Shown here one piece after another: positions 12,245 through 25,678 of a stretch of 64,000 nt of DNA (the first letter of the stretch is position 1; each line of letters opens with the position of its first letter). The stretch is from the NCBI RefSeq assembly GCF_963921235.1, contig NC_086097.1, positions 87,670,001-87,734,000 on the forward strand, in the 5' to 3' direction. Position numbers and translations under genes: made by a program. Origin of the DNA: Mobula hypostoma. Its lineage: Eukaryota. The notes beneath the pieces are model-generated. The model did no database searches, had not been told where the DNA came from, and saw nothing but the letters and a program-made list of their open reading frames with translations.

Positions 12245-12520
12245 CGCAGATGCTGGAAATCCAAGCAACGCATGCACAATGCTAGAGGTGCTCAGCAAGC
12301 CAGGCAGCACCGATAGAAAAGAGTATAGTTTCACCTATACTGCTGGTTTCACCTATCACTTTGTATTTCTTCCTGCCCACCCCTCACATTCCAACTCCTG
12401 ACTCCTCATCATTTTCCTATCAGCCCTGATGAAGGGTCTTGGCCTGAAACTTAAACTATACTCTTTTCCATAGATGCTGCTTGGCCTGCTAAGTCCCTTC
12501 AGCATTGAGTGTGTGTTGCT
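12245..12520. repeat. Inverted pair of PLE terminal-repeat fragments with hammerhead motif
   Basis: Left arm 12265-12331 is the reverse complement of right arm 12453-12519; CTGATGA-agggtcttggcct-GAAAC at 12426-12450. Confidence 0.85.
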
Positions 12521-14289
12521 TTATTTCATCCATTTTCCTTTCCCTCTGGAATTCTTCTGCATCTTCCAAAAAGGCTGAACATCATTGATGTATTGTTCTC
12601 CTAAGTGCAGTATCCTCTACTGCTTTTGCCAGTGGCTGGTTGCTGACTGTGAGGCTGTTGACCAGTGAAAACTTGGGCTGAACTTATTCTAAAAAGTGTT
12701 AGATGTTTTCCTTGATTTGTCTACTGAATTGCACTCAGGGAAGTTCACCATCCTCCCATTGCTGCCTCTGGGGGATTGAAGTAATTGTAAAGCCCATGGG
12801 GATTAGTTTAACCAGAGGAAGATGGGATTTTGCCACTGGTGTTAGGTATATTAATGTAGTGCCTATCTGCACAAATGACTATTGTTTTAAGACGTGAAGA
12901 TGATTTAAAAAATCTGAGATGGATGCTTCACAGGTTGAGGCTGTGCAGTGTATCATCATCATTACTTGAACAAGTTTATCCTTAAAGCACTGAAACAATT
13001 TGTGTTGCTATGGTTGTGACTGCAGCACCAATTTAATTGGTTAGTTTTGTCCCTCCATTGATTGGTGGCGGTGTAGTTGCTAGGGAAGTATCTAGCTTTC
13101 ATTTTTCCTTCAACATACATTGTGAGCTGAAGTGCAGTAAGCACATTTTTTTGTTTTGCCTGAAATGGAATTAAACAGTTGTGTAAAAATGTTACTTCAG
13201 AAATGCTGTTATATCTTCAGACATTGCAAGATGTTGGATGCACCTTGCTGAAGTGTAAAAATTGAGCCATTGCTTACTCAACGCATAAAAAATACTCTGT
13301 TCTGCAGACCATTCAGTCTACTCATTACCTCCATCCGGGGGTGTTTACTTAACCATGTGGATATGGGCTGCTATTAATTTCATAGCTTTAGGATGTGAAA
13401 CAGCTCCACTTATCTAAAGGCAGAGCAGTGAGACTTTGACTCAACCTCTGGATGCCCCAAAATCTTTTCAGCGAATGAGTACTTCTGAAAACTAAATAAA
13501 TCTGAGAGTTGAATATGTTTTTGGCCACCTGTTTAGTTGTGTTCTCTGATGTCTAAATGTGACCAATTTTAGTACCGAACAATTAACTGCAAGGATTGAA
13601 ATGAATAATGAGCGGAATTATGTTTCTGGAGTGCTGCTGCTTAAAAATATAGTAACCATATTATTTGGTTAAACAAGATTCCCAATTTGATTCGCCATTC
13701 TACACTTCATCAATTTAGTTAAAATGATGTTCCATACCACTTTTGAAGGCTATCATGGACTTATTAAATCATTGTTTCTTCCTTTCAGTGTGTTTAAATT
13801 AATACTGAGCTATATTCATGTCAGCAACAAAAGGGTAATATTGTGAAACTTAAAACACAATATTTCAAACTTGTGGTGTGAGGGTGGTTGGATTCATGTA
13901 GTCCTCTAGACTGAATGAAAATGCCACAGCACTCAGATGGAGACGATGCTATCAATGAACTGAAAGTTTGAAGAATGTGAGCAAATGCATTCCTTTATGA
14001 TAAAGCAATCAGAAATCTGTCTAAAGCCGACATCTGTTTTTTAACTGCATCTTGTGGAGTAGGGATTTTATTTTTGGTTGATCTCTCTTCCCTTTTTTCA
14101 TAAAAACTAGATACGTTTGGCGCCAATAGATCACTTTACTCTTGAAGATAAGTTCCATATTTCAGATATCTTTACATGCCCAGATGTCACGTGGATTTGG
14201 AGCACACCCAGGGAATGAACAGAGAACCCATATCAGTTTATTTTGGCATTTAGTGTCACCATGTGAATTGTGATTCTCCTCATCTGTGG

Positions 14290-14315
14290 GAGAGAGAGAG
14301 AGAGAGAGAGAGAGA
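14290..14315. repeat. (GA)n microsatellite
   Basis: About 13 uninterrupted GA units. Confidence 0.95.
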
Positions 14316-15064
14316 AATAATATACTAGAGTTCCATTTAATTGCCCTACTATTCATTAAAGGAACAGTGTATCTAGTCCAGTAGATTCAGGCCTGTGTTT
14401 ATACCCCACACAAGAATCTAGCCATCTTTCTTCTGACCTTTTTCTGGATATCTTTGTGTTCCTTTCTCACTCTTGTTGTTATCTACCTTGCTTTGAATGG
14501 AGCTGATGCTATTTGCTTCGGCTAATTTCTGTGTAAATGCATTCTTACAGTAGTGAAGTAGCCTAATGAGATTCTTGTTGGATTAATTAGTGTCTACCTG
14601 ATTCTGGTTTTACCCACGTGGAAACATGTAAGTAGGATTTAATACAAAAAGTGGATTGGAAGTTTGTTTCAACAATCTTGGAACGGGATATTATAAAATT
14701 TGAATGGGGAAGGGAAACAAATTACCCTGCACTCAGAAAATTCAGAGAGAGAGAGGAGTTCGCCGTTTATTTATGCTATTGAGAATGTCTGTCTCTGAAT
14801 AAACCTGTTTAACAGAGTTTGCTATAGGAGCAAGAAATTTGAAATCAGCTTCCGGGAGAAGGTAAATGAGATTACATCACTTATTTGTGGAGTAGTTTTC
14901 CCTCATTTCCACCCTTCTCGGTCTTCAAGAGATTTACATGTAAGGTAGCCACTGTTGTGGTTAAGATGCTAGAATAAGGTCCATGCAAACAACAAAGCAT
15001 TAAAGACCAGACATACTATATCGGGGAATGGAAAAAAAATTAAAAGTGTATGTTGGAAGTTGGA

Positions 15065-15160
15065 ACCAAAAACACAAAATGCTGGAAAAACTCATAGGTC
15101 AGGCAGCATCTGTGGAAGTAGAAACAGTCAACATTTCAGGCTTGTGACCCTCTCACCTGA
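15065..15160 (-). mobile_element. PLE terminal-repeat fragment
   Basis: aaaatgctggaaaaactcataggtcaggcagcatctgtgg...cagtcaacatttcagg, same family as 12245 and 20390. Confidence 0.75.
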
Positions 15161-15174
15161 ACATGCTGCAGTCG

Positions 15175-15395
15175 TATTATTTGAGGAATAAATGTTAGGA
15201 AGGATACCTTTTATCTAGGTTTTGTTTTCAAACAGTGCTTTGTGATGTTGGGTATCCGCATAAGGTGACGGATAGGACTTTGGCGTAATATTTCTTCTGA
15301 AAGACAGCAATCTTGACAAAGCAATAATACCTTCATACTACACTGAAATGTCAATTTATATTTGTATTCTTGGAGTAGATATAGGAGCTGTAAAA
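15175..15395 (-). mobile_element. Ancient Deu-domain SINE remnant
   Basis: gaggaataaatgttagg...gaaagacagcaatcttgacaaagcaataataccttcatactacactgaaatgtca resembles the reverse-strand Deu core; similar to 20550-20760. Confidence 0.55.
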
Positions 15396-15498
15396 CTGCA
15401 CATCACTGTTGCTTTTCATTAGAACTGTAAGACAATACAGTGAATGGTTAAATGTATTAATCATACGGCTCTGGTGATACTACTTTTCCATGATATTA

Positions 15499-17087
15499 CA
15501 GGTGTCCCCCGCTTTTCGAATGTTCGCTTTACGAAACCTCACCGTTACGAAAGACCTAGATTAGTTCCCTGTTTTTGCTAACAGAAGGTGTTTTCACTGT
15601 TACAAAAAAAGGCAGCGCGCGGAAAAAGCAGCGCACAATAAAAAAAAAGCAGTGCGCGATAAAAATCAGCGCGCGCCCCGAACAGCCGCTTTCCCCCAGA
15701 TTCGGAATGGCATTCTCGCTGGCATTGCTTAAGCACGTGCCTGTGAGCAGCCGTTAGCAAGGTGAGTTCTAAGGTATCGGAAAAACCTAAAAGAGCTTGT
15801 AAGAGTGTTACACTTAGCATAAAACTAGAAATAATTAAGCGTTTTGATTGTAGTGAACCAAGTAAGGAGAAGGTGAGTTTGGCTTGTGGAAGTTGATGAA
15901 GATGATGTTGAAGAGGTTTTGGCATCCCATGACCAAGAACTGGTAGATGAAGAGCTGATGCAGTTAGAAGAGGAAAGGATAACAATCGAAACCGAATGAG
16001 TAATGATAAAGTACGACTTTAATTTTGAAAGGGTATGTCAGTTTAGGGCGTATTTGCACGGTGGTTTGAGTCCTTACAAAGAACTGTATGATAGAAAAAT
16101 GCTCGAGGCTAAGCAGTCAAACAAGCCTTCCACATCAGCCACAGCAGATGACGAACCTTGACGTTCAACATCGAGGCAGGCAGAGATAGAAGAAGATGAC
16201 CTGCCTGCCCTAATGGAAACAGACGACGATGAGATGACACCCTAGTGTCCCACCACCCTAGTGTCCCACCACCCCAACCCCTAGGCTGTGATACCGATTC
16301 GCGGAGAATGCAGCGGTAGCCGGGAGGCACACAGCCCATCTTTAAGAAAAATGCCGAAATAAACAAACTAATTAATTAGGTGCCGCTCGGCACGTAAATT
16401 TCGGCCCAGATCAGAGGCGATGCAATCGGCAATTGCCTCTGATCTGGGCTGACAATTACGTGCCAGGTGACACCTAAATAATTAGCATGTTTATTCCGGC
16501 TTTTTTCTTAAAGATGTGCTAGATGCCTCCGGGCTGCTGCTGTACCCCTGCATGCTTCGTGGATCGGTATTGGTTTGCAGCCTGGAGGGTGGGGGCCACT
16601 GCACCACCCAAACTCTGATGACTCAGCCTAACACACCATCATCAGTGTGCTCTGCGCTGTCCCAGTTCCAGTAAGTGATACTACACCATACATTATTTCT
16701 ACTTTATATAGGCTGTGTATTTTTACATGTTATTTGGTATGATTTGGCAACTTCATCGCTTAAATGTTACTGGAGAGAGTGTTTTTGCCGAGAGCGCTTG
16801 CGTGAGATTTTCATTACAGAGAACAATTCAGGCAATGATTGTGGAAAAGTATTTCTACTTTATAAAGGCTGTGTATTTATCATATCATTCCTGCTTTTAC
16901 TGTATGTTACTGTTATTTTAGGTTTTATGTGTTATTTGGCATGATTTGGTCGGTTATTTTTGGGTCTGCGAACGCTCACAAAATTTTCCCATATAAATAA
17001 ATGGTAATTGCTTCTTCACTTTACGACATTCTGGCTTACAAACCGTTTCATAGGAATGATCCACCTTCGGATGGTGGGAGAAACCTG
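15499..17087 (+). mobile_element. Internally deleted Tigger/pogo DNA transposon
   Basis: TA TSDs at 15497-98 and 17088-89; imperfect TIRs caggtgtcccccgc / gtgggagaaacctg; psq-HTH KPKRACKSVTLSIKLEIIKRFD fused to acidic C-terminus EVDEDDVEEVLASHDQELVDEELMQLEEE; DDE core absent. Confidence 0.88.
16265..16595. repeat. Long imperfect palindrome inside the Tigger element
   Basis: Arm ...ggcacgtaaatttcggcccagatcagaggcgat pairs with attgcctctgatctgggctgacaattacgtgcc...; ~10 nt loop gcaatcggca. Confidence 0.9.
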
Positions 17088-18524
17088 TATAATGCTATTT
17101 TGCTGATTAGATTTTGTGTCTCTTTATTAATGACTGCCCCATTAAAATAAGGTCCGAACAATAGCTAACGTTGGAGTAGCACACAATATCATGCTGTTCT
17201 AATGTGAGTTGGTTATGATCACAATTTATTATATGATATTGAGGACAATTCTCAGTCCTAGTTTATAGAACTATACATTGGGGAAATGAGCTCTGCAAAA
17301 AGTAAAATTGCACCTTTCTTTCAGACTTGAAATTTATTTGAGAATAACTCATGAGTCAGTCTGGTCGCAGAAAATAAACTGAATATTTTCGATAACTTTG
17401 GCTTGTGTCACATTATTTTAAATAGCTGCATAAGACTCAAAGTTTGAATGTTAATGTTTGCATCATGTTCTATGTAGAATAAAACCTTTTATAGAGGAAT
17501 CATAAATTTGAGCAAAACTGTGCTGAACCATGTGGGGGGATGAGTGGGTTGGAGTGCAGGGTGATAGAAGCTGGAATGTCAACTATAAAATCTAATGGCT
17601 TGGTGTTTGTGATTATTGCTACAAAGTATTGCAAAAGTAGACGTACAGCTGTTACTAATTGGGGCTGAATTTATCTTTTCAGAGTCACTGCCTCCCATCC
17701 ACTTGATATCTTTTATTTCTTTCCAAGATCTTAACAATTCTCTGTTCCTGTGTGTCTATACTGTATAAATACAGCTCTGATCAAGTAACAAAATAGTATC
17801 CATACTCCCACATATGAAATGGTGTAGCGTACAAACACATTTGGAGGTTTCTATGCAGATGTTTTCAACATAAGTTGCTAGTTGAAGAGACTTAGTTTTT
17901 TCTCTCTGTTCCAACCTCTGTCACATCTTGACTTTAATGTTACTTGTCTGTGCACCAGCTGTTATTGTGCTATTTTGTGGATGGCTGTGTTGGGAAAATA
18001 ATGTAGTACCATTCAGGATTATGGAGACGGACTAGTTTGATGGATCGTTAAAAGTGTTTTAGAAATAATCCATTTAATAAGTAGCAGTGCATAGAATATT
18101 TACATTGCCCTGCATAAATGAAAGAACACAAAAGGACATTGTGTTATAAAACCGCTTTCTGCATTATGTATCTGTCAGTGACATTGAGAATATTAATACA
18201 ATAATGCATTTGTTATGACTAGACAGTATCGAAACTTGGCATTTTTGTCCTCCCTGTTTCCTTTCCCAAAGGATTATGAAACTAAAACAGTTGAGAGTTT
18301 TGGAAATAGATTGCATTTACAATTTTGTCTTTTTTTTTATTATTTTCTAGTTTGTATTGACTATCTAATACAAACTAGTGTAAAAATCAACTGATGAAAA
18401 ATATCAAATGATGAAAAAGTAACTGACGAAAAACTTATGAACAAACATTATCCAAACCCTTTTAAAATGCAGGTTTTCAATGTAGTTGCCATTTTTCTAA
18501 GCTTGAGATGAAGCATCTGAAGTA

Positions 18525-20017
<1,493 letters not shown>

Positions 20018-20104
20018 TATAAGTTGTAGGGAATGTAGGAATCAGAATCGGAACCAGAATGCTGCTGGTTGTGGGCGATGCCCAGTCATTAAACAGAAGA
20101 GCTT

Positions 20105-20520
20105 CTGGAGTTGCTAGAAATCTTGAACAACACACACAGATTACTGAAGGAACTCAGGAAGCCAGACAGTATCTATGGAGGGGAATAAACAGTCAACACT
20201 TGGGGCCAAAGCCCTTCATCAGGACTGGAAAGACGGGGCTTCTTTTCTGGCTTCTGCCCCTTCCTTTCCTATCATGCTATAGGGGCTTAACTTGACGCAT
20301 TAACTGTTTATTCCCCTCTATAGATGCTGCCTGACTTACTAAGTTCCTTCAGCATTTTGTCTGTGAAGGCATTTCTCCATTTTGTGGACACAAGGGATTC
20401 TGTAGATGCTGGAAATCCAGAGGAACACACACAAAATGCTGGAGGAACTCAGCAGGTCAGACAACATCGGTGAAGGTGAATAAGCACTCAACAGTTCGGG
20501 CTGAGACCCTTCATCAGCCT
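20105..20520. repeat. Cluster of PLE terminal repeats (inverted pair plus a third copy) with hammerhead motifs
   Basis: 20140-20230 (-), 20290-20362 (+), 20390-20518 (-); minus strand at 20486-20518 reads CTGATGA-agggtctcagccc-GAAC. Confidence 0.82.
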
Positions 20521-20549
20521 CTGTTTTGTGGGCAATGTTAACTGAAAGA

Positions 20550-20760
20550 TGCATATTTGTCAGGGCTTCTGAGAGAATGCCACTTCAAAGTGGTACCGTG
20601 GAATCATGAACGTTCAATATGAGAACTAAAAGCTCACTCTTTTGATGGTACCCAGTCCTTCACTGAGATTTCAGCTTGACTAATACCAATATCCATTAAG
20701 ACTTAAATCAGCCATCTTCTGATTTGGGGTGAGAGTGCTACCAACTGGGCTCTGGCTGAA
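20550..20760 (-). mobile_element. Deu-domain SINE remnant (SacSINE1-like)
   Basis: Reverse tRNA-like head ttctgatttggggtgagagtgctaccaactgggct; Deu-like cttcaaagtggtaccgtggaatc. Confidence 0.65.
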
Positions 20761-21184
20761 ACACTTGTGTTTGCACCCATGTGTTGTTGATGGCAGTTTT
20801 GAAAAAATTTGCAATATATTTTTGTTCTTTGGATGTAGACATTCTGGTAAGGCTGTACTTATTACATGCCATTGTTGCGTTTGGGATTTCGCTTGGTAGT
20901 CATACCTAATGCAGATCTTTTGACAATTTTTGGGATTTAAATAGACAATTTTGGCTTTCTTTTCAAAGTCCCATCACCACACCACTATGCCAGTGATATG
21001 AGCATTTGATCAAGCCAATCTGTCACCTTTGGAAGCAAATAAATCTAATCACCCGGCTTTTGTTTCTTTAATTAGAGACATCTAAGTTAGTGTGAATGCT
21101 TGCATTACCCTGCCATAATTTCAAATCTGTGAGAATATTTTTCATATCCTTTGTTCTAAATCTGACATATAATCTTTGCTTAAT

Positions 21185-21365
21185 TCAGAATCAGGTTTAA
21201 TATCACCGGCATATGTCGTGAAATTTGTTAACTTGTGGCAGCAGCAGTACATTGTAGTGCATGATGATATAGGAAAAAACTGTGAATTACAGTAAAAAAG
21301 TATGTGTATATTGAATGAAATAAGTAGTGCAAAAACAGAAATTTAGAAAATGTAGTGAGGCACTG
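21185..21365 (-). mobile_element. Rex1-type LINE 3' tail fragment
   Basis: cagaatcaggtttaatatcaccggcatatgtcgtgaaatttgtt tail structure with short tandem repeat end. Confidence 0.55.
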
Positions 21366-21923
21366 CTCCTTGAAGATATCTTGGATACTTAGTGCCATCC
21401 TTCCATAATTTTCAAATTTGCATCACCTTGTAAAGTGTGATTCAAAGATACTGTAATATTGAGTAAGATAGGTTTACCTGTAATATTCAGGAGTGCAATA
21501 TACATTTACAGGACAAACTAGGAGCTAGGACTGAATGAGAACACTGAGCTGACTAGTCACACTCACTAAAAGGGGCATGGCCACTTATTGAAGTTCAAAG
21601 TAGATTTATTATCAAAGTATGTATATGTCACAATATACAACCTTGGGATTCATTTTCTTGTGGGCAAACTCAATAAATCCCCTATAGAATAATAACCATT
21701 ACAGTGCTGAGAAGGAATTTATTCTCCTAAAAGGTGGTGATGTTTTGGAATTCCGTACCTAAGAAGGCTGCCAAGACGGTCACTGAGCATATGGAATGCC
21801 TACGTTGAGCTTATTGTCATATGCATTAGTATATGTGTGTACAAAGAAGCACTTGTGTGCAGCAGCATATCATGCATATAGTATCAGATACACGACATTC
21901 ATAAGAAAGACATAAACAAAACT

Positions 21924-23089
21924 TGAGTTTTCAGAAGGCCTTTGAAAAGGTGCTGCACATAAGGCTGCTAAACAAGATAAGAGCCCATGGTATTCCAGGA
22001 AAGATACTAACATGGGCAGAAGATTGCCTTCTGTCAGTTAACCAGAGAGTGGGAATAAAGGTGGCCTTCTCTAGTCGGTTACCAGTAAGTAGTGATGTTC
22101 CGCAGGGGATGGTGTTAGGCCCGCTGCTTTTGGAGTTATGTTAGTGATGTGAATGATGGAATTGATGACTTGGTGGACAAGTTTGTGGATTTAACAAGGA
22201 TGGGTGGAAAGGGAGGTAGTATTGAGGAAGCAGGGAATCTGCAGAAGGAGTTGGGCAGAGAATGGACAAAGAAGTGGCAGATGGAATGCAGTATAAAGAA
22301 GTTTAATGGTCCTGCACTTTGGTAGAAGGAATAAAGGAGTAGACTATTTTCTAAATGGGGAGCAAATTCAGAAATTGGAGGTGCAGAGGGACTTGAGAAT
22401 CCTAGTGCAGAATTCCCTAAAGTTATCTTGCAGGTTATGTCACTAGTGAGGAAGGCAAATGCAACGTAAACATCCATTTTAAGAGGACTAGATTAAAGAG
22501 CTGGGATATAATGCCGAGACTTCATAAAATATTGGTCAGGCTGTATTCGTGGGCAGTTTTAGGCAGTTATATAAGAAAGGGTATGCTGGCATTGAGAGGG
22601 TCCAGAGGAGGTTTATGAGGGTGAACCCAGGAATGAAAGGGTTAACGTATGAGGAATGTTTGATGGGTCTGGGTCTATACTCACTGGAGTTTAGAAGAAT
22701 AAGGGGAGCATCTCATTGAAACCTACCCAATATCGAAAGACCTAGATAGAGTGGATCTGGAGAAGATGTTTCTAATAGTGGGAGAGTCCAGGACCAGAGA
22801 GCATCACCTTGGAATAGAAGGATGACTTTAGATTAGCAATGAGGAGGAATTTCTTTAGCCAGAAGGTGGTGAATCTGTGGAATTCATTGCCAACAGACTG
22901 GCATAGAGGTTAAGTTATTGGGTATACTTAAAGTGGAGTTTGATATCTTTTTGATTAGTTAGGGCATCAAAAATTACAGGGAGAGGGCAAGAGCATGGGG
23001 CAGAGATGAAAAATAATTCAATGTGATTGAATGGTGGAGCAGACTTGATGGTCCAAATGGCCTAATTCTACTCCTATATCTTATAGTCT
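21924..23089 (+). mobile_element. 5'-truncated CR1 LINE nested in older repeats
   Basis: FQKAFEKVLHIRLLNKIRAHGI...SDVPQGMVLGPLL; CR1 tail ...ctcctatatcttatagtct; candidate TSD aaaact at 21918-21923 and 23090-23095. Confidence 0.88.
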
Positions 23090-24774
23090 AAAACTATACA
23101 AGAAAGAACAAATCAAAAAAAGTACATTATAGTGTAAGGTGGTCATAATATTGCTATACGAAGGTTGTGATTAGGGTGGTAAAACCCAAGCTATCAATGG
23201 GATTAGGTATTCAGGGAATTGAGGGCTGTGGGATAAGTGCTATAAATGGTGCCATCGTAGAAGATTAGCCATGATATTGAATGGCAAAGCAGGCACAAGA
23301 TGCTGAATTCCTTTTTCCTATATGCCTGTATAAAAGTAATCATTGAATGGAATAATTGGTCTTCTCAACATAGAGATGTGGAAGACTCTGCCCTTTGAAA
23401 TTGTAACTCACCTCATACATTCAACTTTGTGATTGTACAAGTAGAGAGTATATCATAGCAAACTGCCTGGGCACACATCACCTTTAATTAACAGGACTTG
23501 CACAAGGTACTTTGATTTTCTGATTTTGAATCTGGCTGTATGTGCCTACTACAAAGGAAATGTTCAAATCTGTATGCATGCTCTCCACAGTACGATTTGA
23601 TCGCAGTAATTCTTTCTTTATTAGGCTACATTACACATTCAGATTCACATACTTACCCATTTACTCTGCTATATTTTGTGAAATTCAACCAATATAGCCA
23701 GGGACAGTGATGACTTCTATAATTGATGCATCAATCAAAATGTTCATTAAATGTTTGAAGCAACCCAATCATTGTACAACTTTAGTCATCAGCAAGTGCC
23801 ATTTTTCTGTACAATGTGCACTGGAGGATATTTCAGCATTTTAATCAAATTCAGATGATGCTGATAAATTGCTCGAGCTTTGTTTGGTGCTTCCTGTTAT
23901 CGCTACCCTTCGGTGTTTTTTTCTTGTAACAGACTCTGTGTATAATAAATCTGTGTCTTTCTGTGTGTGCTTGTCTGTTATGTGCATAATGTGTGCGGGA
24001 TTTGTGGCATGCCATGAAGTAAATTGCTTGCGTGCTCGCAGGGATAATCCATAGCTGGATTTATTCACAATAAGCAATATTGTATTGTGAACAATATTCG
24101 CGTCCCATCTGGTACATTCCATGACGCATTTCCAGTGCCTGAGTGTGCTTTTCCTCTTCATTGTTTTTTCAAACTTGACTTTTCATTTAATTGTATTTAC
24201 TTAGATGCCATGCAGCACAGGTATAGACACTGCCGTTCTTGGCCTGTTTGGGATACAAGCAATTTAAGTTAATAAATTAATCACCCCTGTAAATATCGCT
24301 TTAATTAAAACACATTTATGTCCTTCGCTTTGTCCCCTTTAATGGTTAAGTTTCAAGGTGAATGCTGCAGCATTTATTCTATTCTGTCAGTTCAGTGGTG
24401 TCTGCTGCAAACTTTTTAACTGGTCCTTGTGAATCTGAGTCATAATCATGCAAGAACAATTGGTAGGGAAGCTTTACTTTGACGTATATTACTCAAATGA
24501 AATACTGTATGCTCGGAGGAATGAGGCTGGATCATGAGTCATATTGGAATGCTTTACTTTTAAGTTGTTGCATCTTTCAACTGATCATATTTTGGATGCA
24601 CTATTTAACAGGAAACAACAGTGGAGACCAGATTTGGAAATGTGATTCAAGTTGTGACAGTAGAGTCCTGGCAGTTGGAACAGGATATCTTGCAGTGTGC
24701 TTGGAGGATTTACTTCTGATTTTTCAGCACATGTAAGCAAAAAGAACAATCCCTTTGAAATAAATTCAAAGAAT

Positions 24775-25678
24775 ATGTTTTGTCTTTGGTAAAGTTCTGT
24801 TCTTTTACACAGCTTAATCTCTTAATGTCTATGAATTGTGATATTGTGTTCCAAAAGGTTAGATTTGAGCTGAATCTGTCATTTGAAGTGCCACGTGAAA
24901 GTAAGGGCTAATGTTTCCAATTGCAAATCAATTAGCCAGCCACTTTTAATTATGGCACGGTTGCGTGGACCTTTAACAAAGTATATTTTTACATGAATAG
25001 TGTGCATTACCAGCAGAACTCCACTACTGGTTGTTGAGAATTTTTCTGGGAAATGCAATGTATTAGTCCACCTAAATAATATGTTGGTGGTTACCATGAA
25101 AATTTTGTCATACCATGTAATCTCCCTACCACAGGTATGTAATTCTACATTTATTCCCACATGATTAGGGGTTCAAACCAAATTTGGCATTTTCCAATAC
25201 ATAAACACAACATCTGGAAAATCTGGCAGTATTGTCTTCTATATACAATGACAGCCGGTATACCTCATGATATTCCAGAAGTAGGCAGTCTCTCCCTACC
25301 CTACAGCGAGAATATTAGCAAGACAGTTGGGCAAACTAGTTTAAGGCTGCTAGTAGTCATTTGTATAGTAATACTAATCACTAGTAATACCATTTTTTAA
25401 AAAAAAGTTCATTTTTTAAGACCGTGCTTAATTATTATCTTTTATGTGCCTGCTGGTTATCTAAATGCTTTTCCTAATGTAGGAGTCAATTTAAGAGTAG
25501 AATTTGGCTGGTGTGCCTTCACCTACATATATATTGTCTTTGGTAAAGGTCTGTTTTTATAAGCAGCTTAACCTCTTAATGCTTGTGAATTGTAATAGTG
25601 TTCCAGAGGGTTAGATTTGAGCTGGATCTGTCATTTGAATCGACGCATGAAAAGTAAAGGCTACTGCTTCCAATTGCA
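24775..25678 (+). repeat. Diverged ~150 bp direct duplication (24775-24925 and 25530-25678)
   Basis: ttgtctttggtaaag.tctgtt...ggttagatttgagctg.atctgtcatttgaa...ttccaattgca present twice, ~750 bp apart. Confidence 0.9.

Noticed and set aside
14828..14867. Possible micro-exon (tag|gagcaag...gagaag|gtaaat); similar candidates near 36923 and 60307-60333
   Set aside because: Weak acceptors or in-frame stops and no recognisable peptide; RNA-seq would be needed.
18385..18435. Three aa(c/a)tga(t/c)gaaaa units resembling a hammerhead core or snoRNA C/D boxes
   Set aside because: No pairing stems and spacing is too short; a degenerate short tandem repeat.
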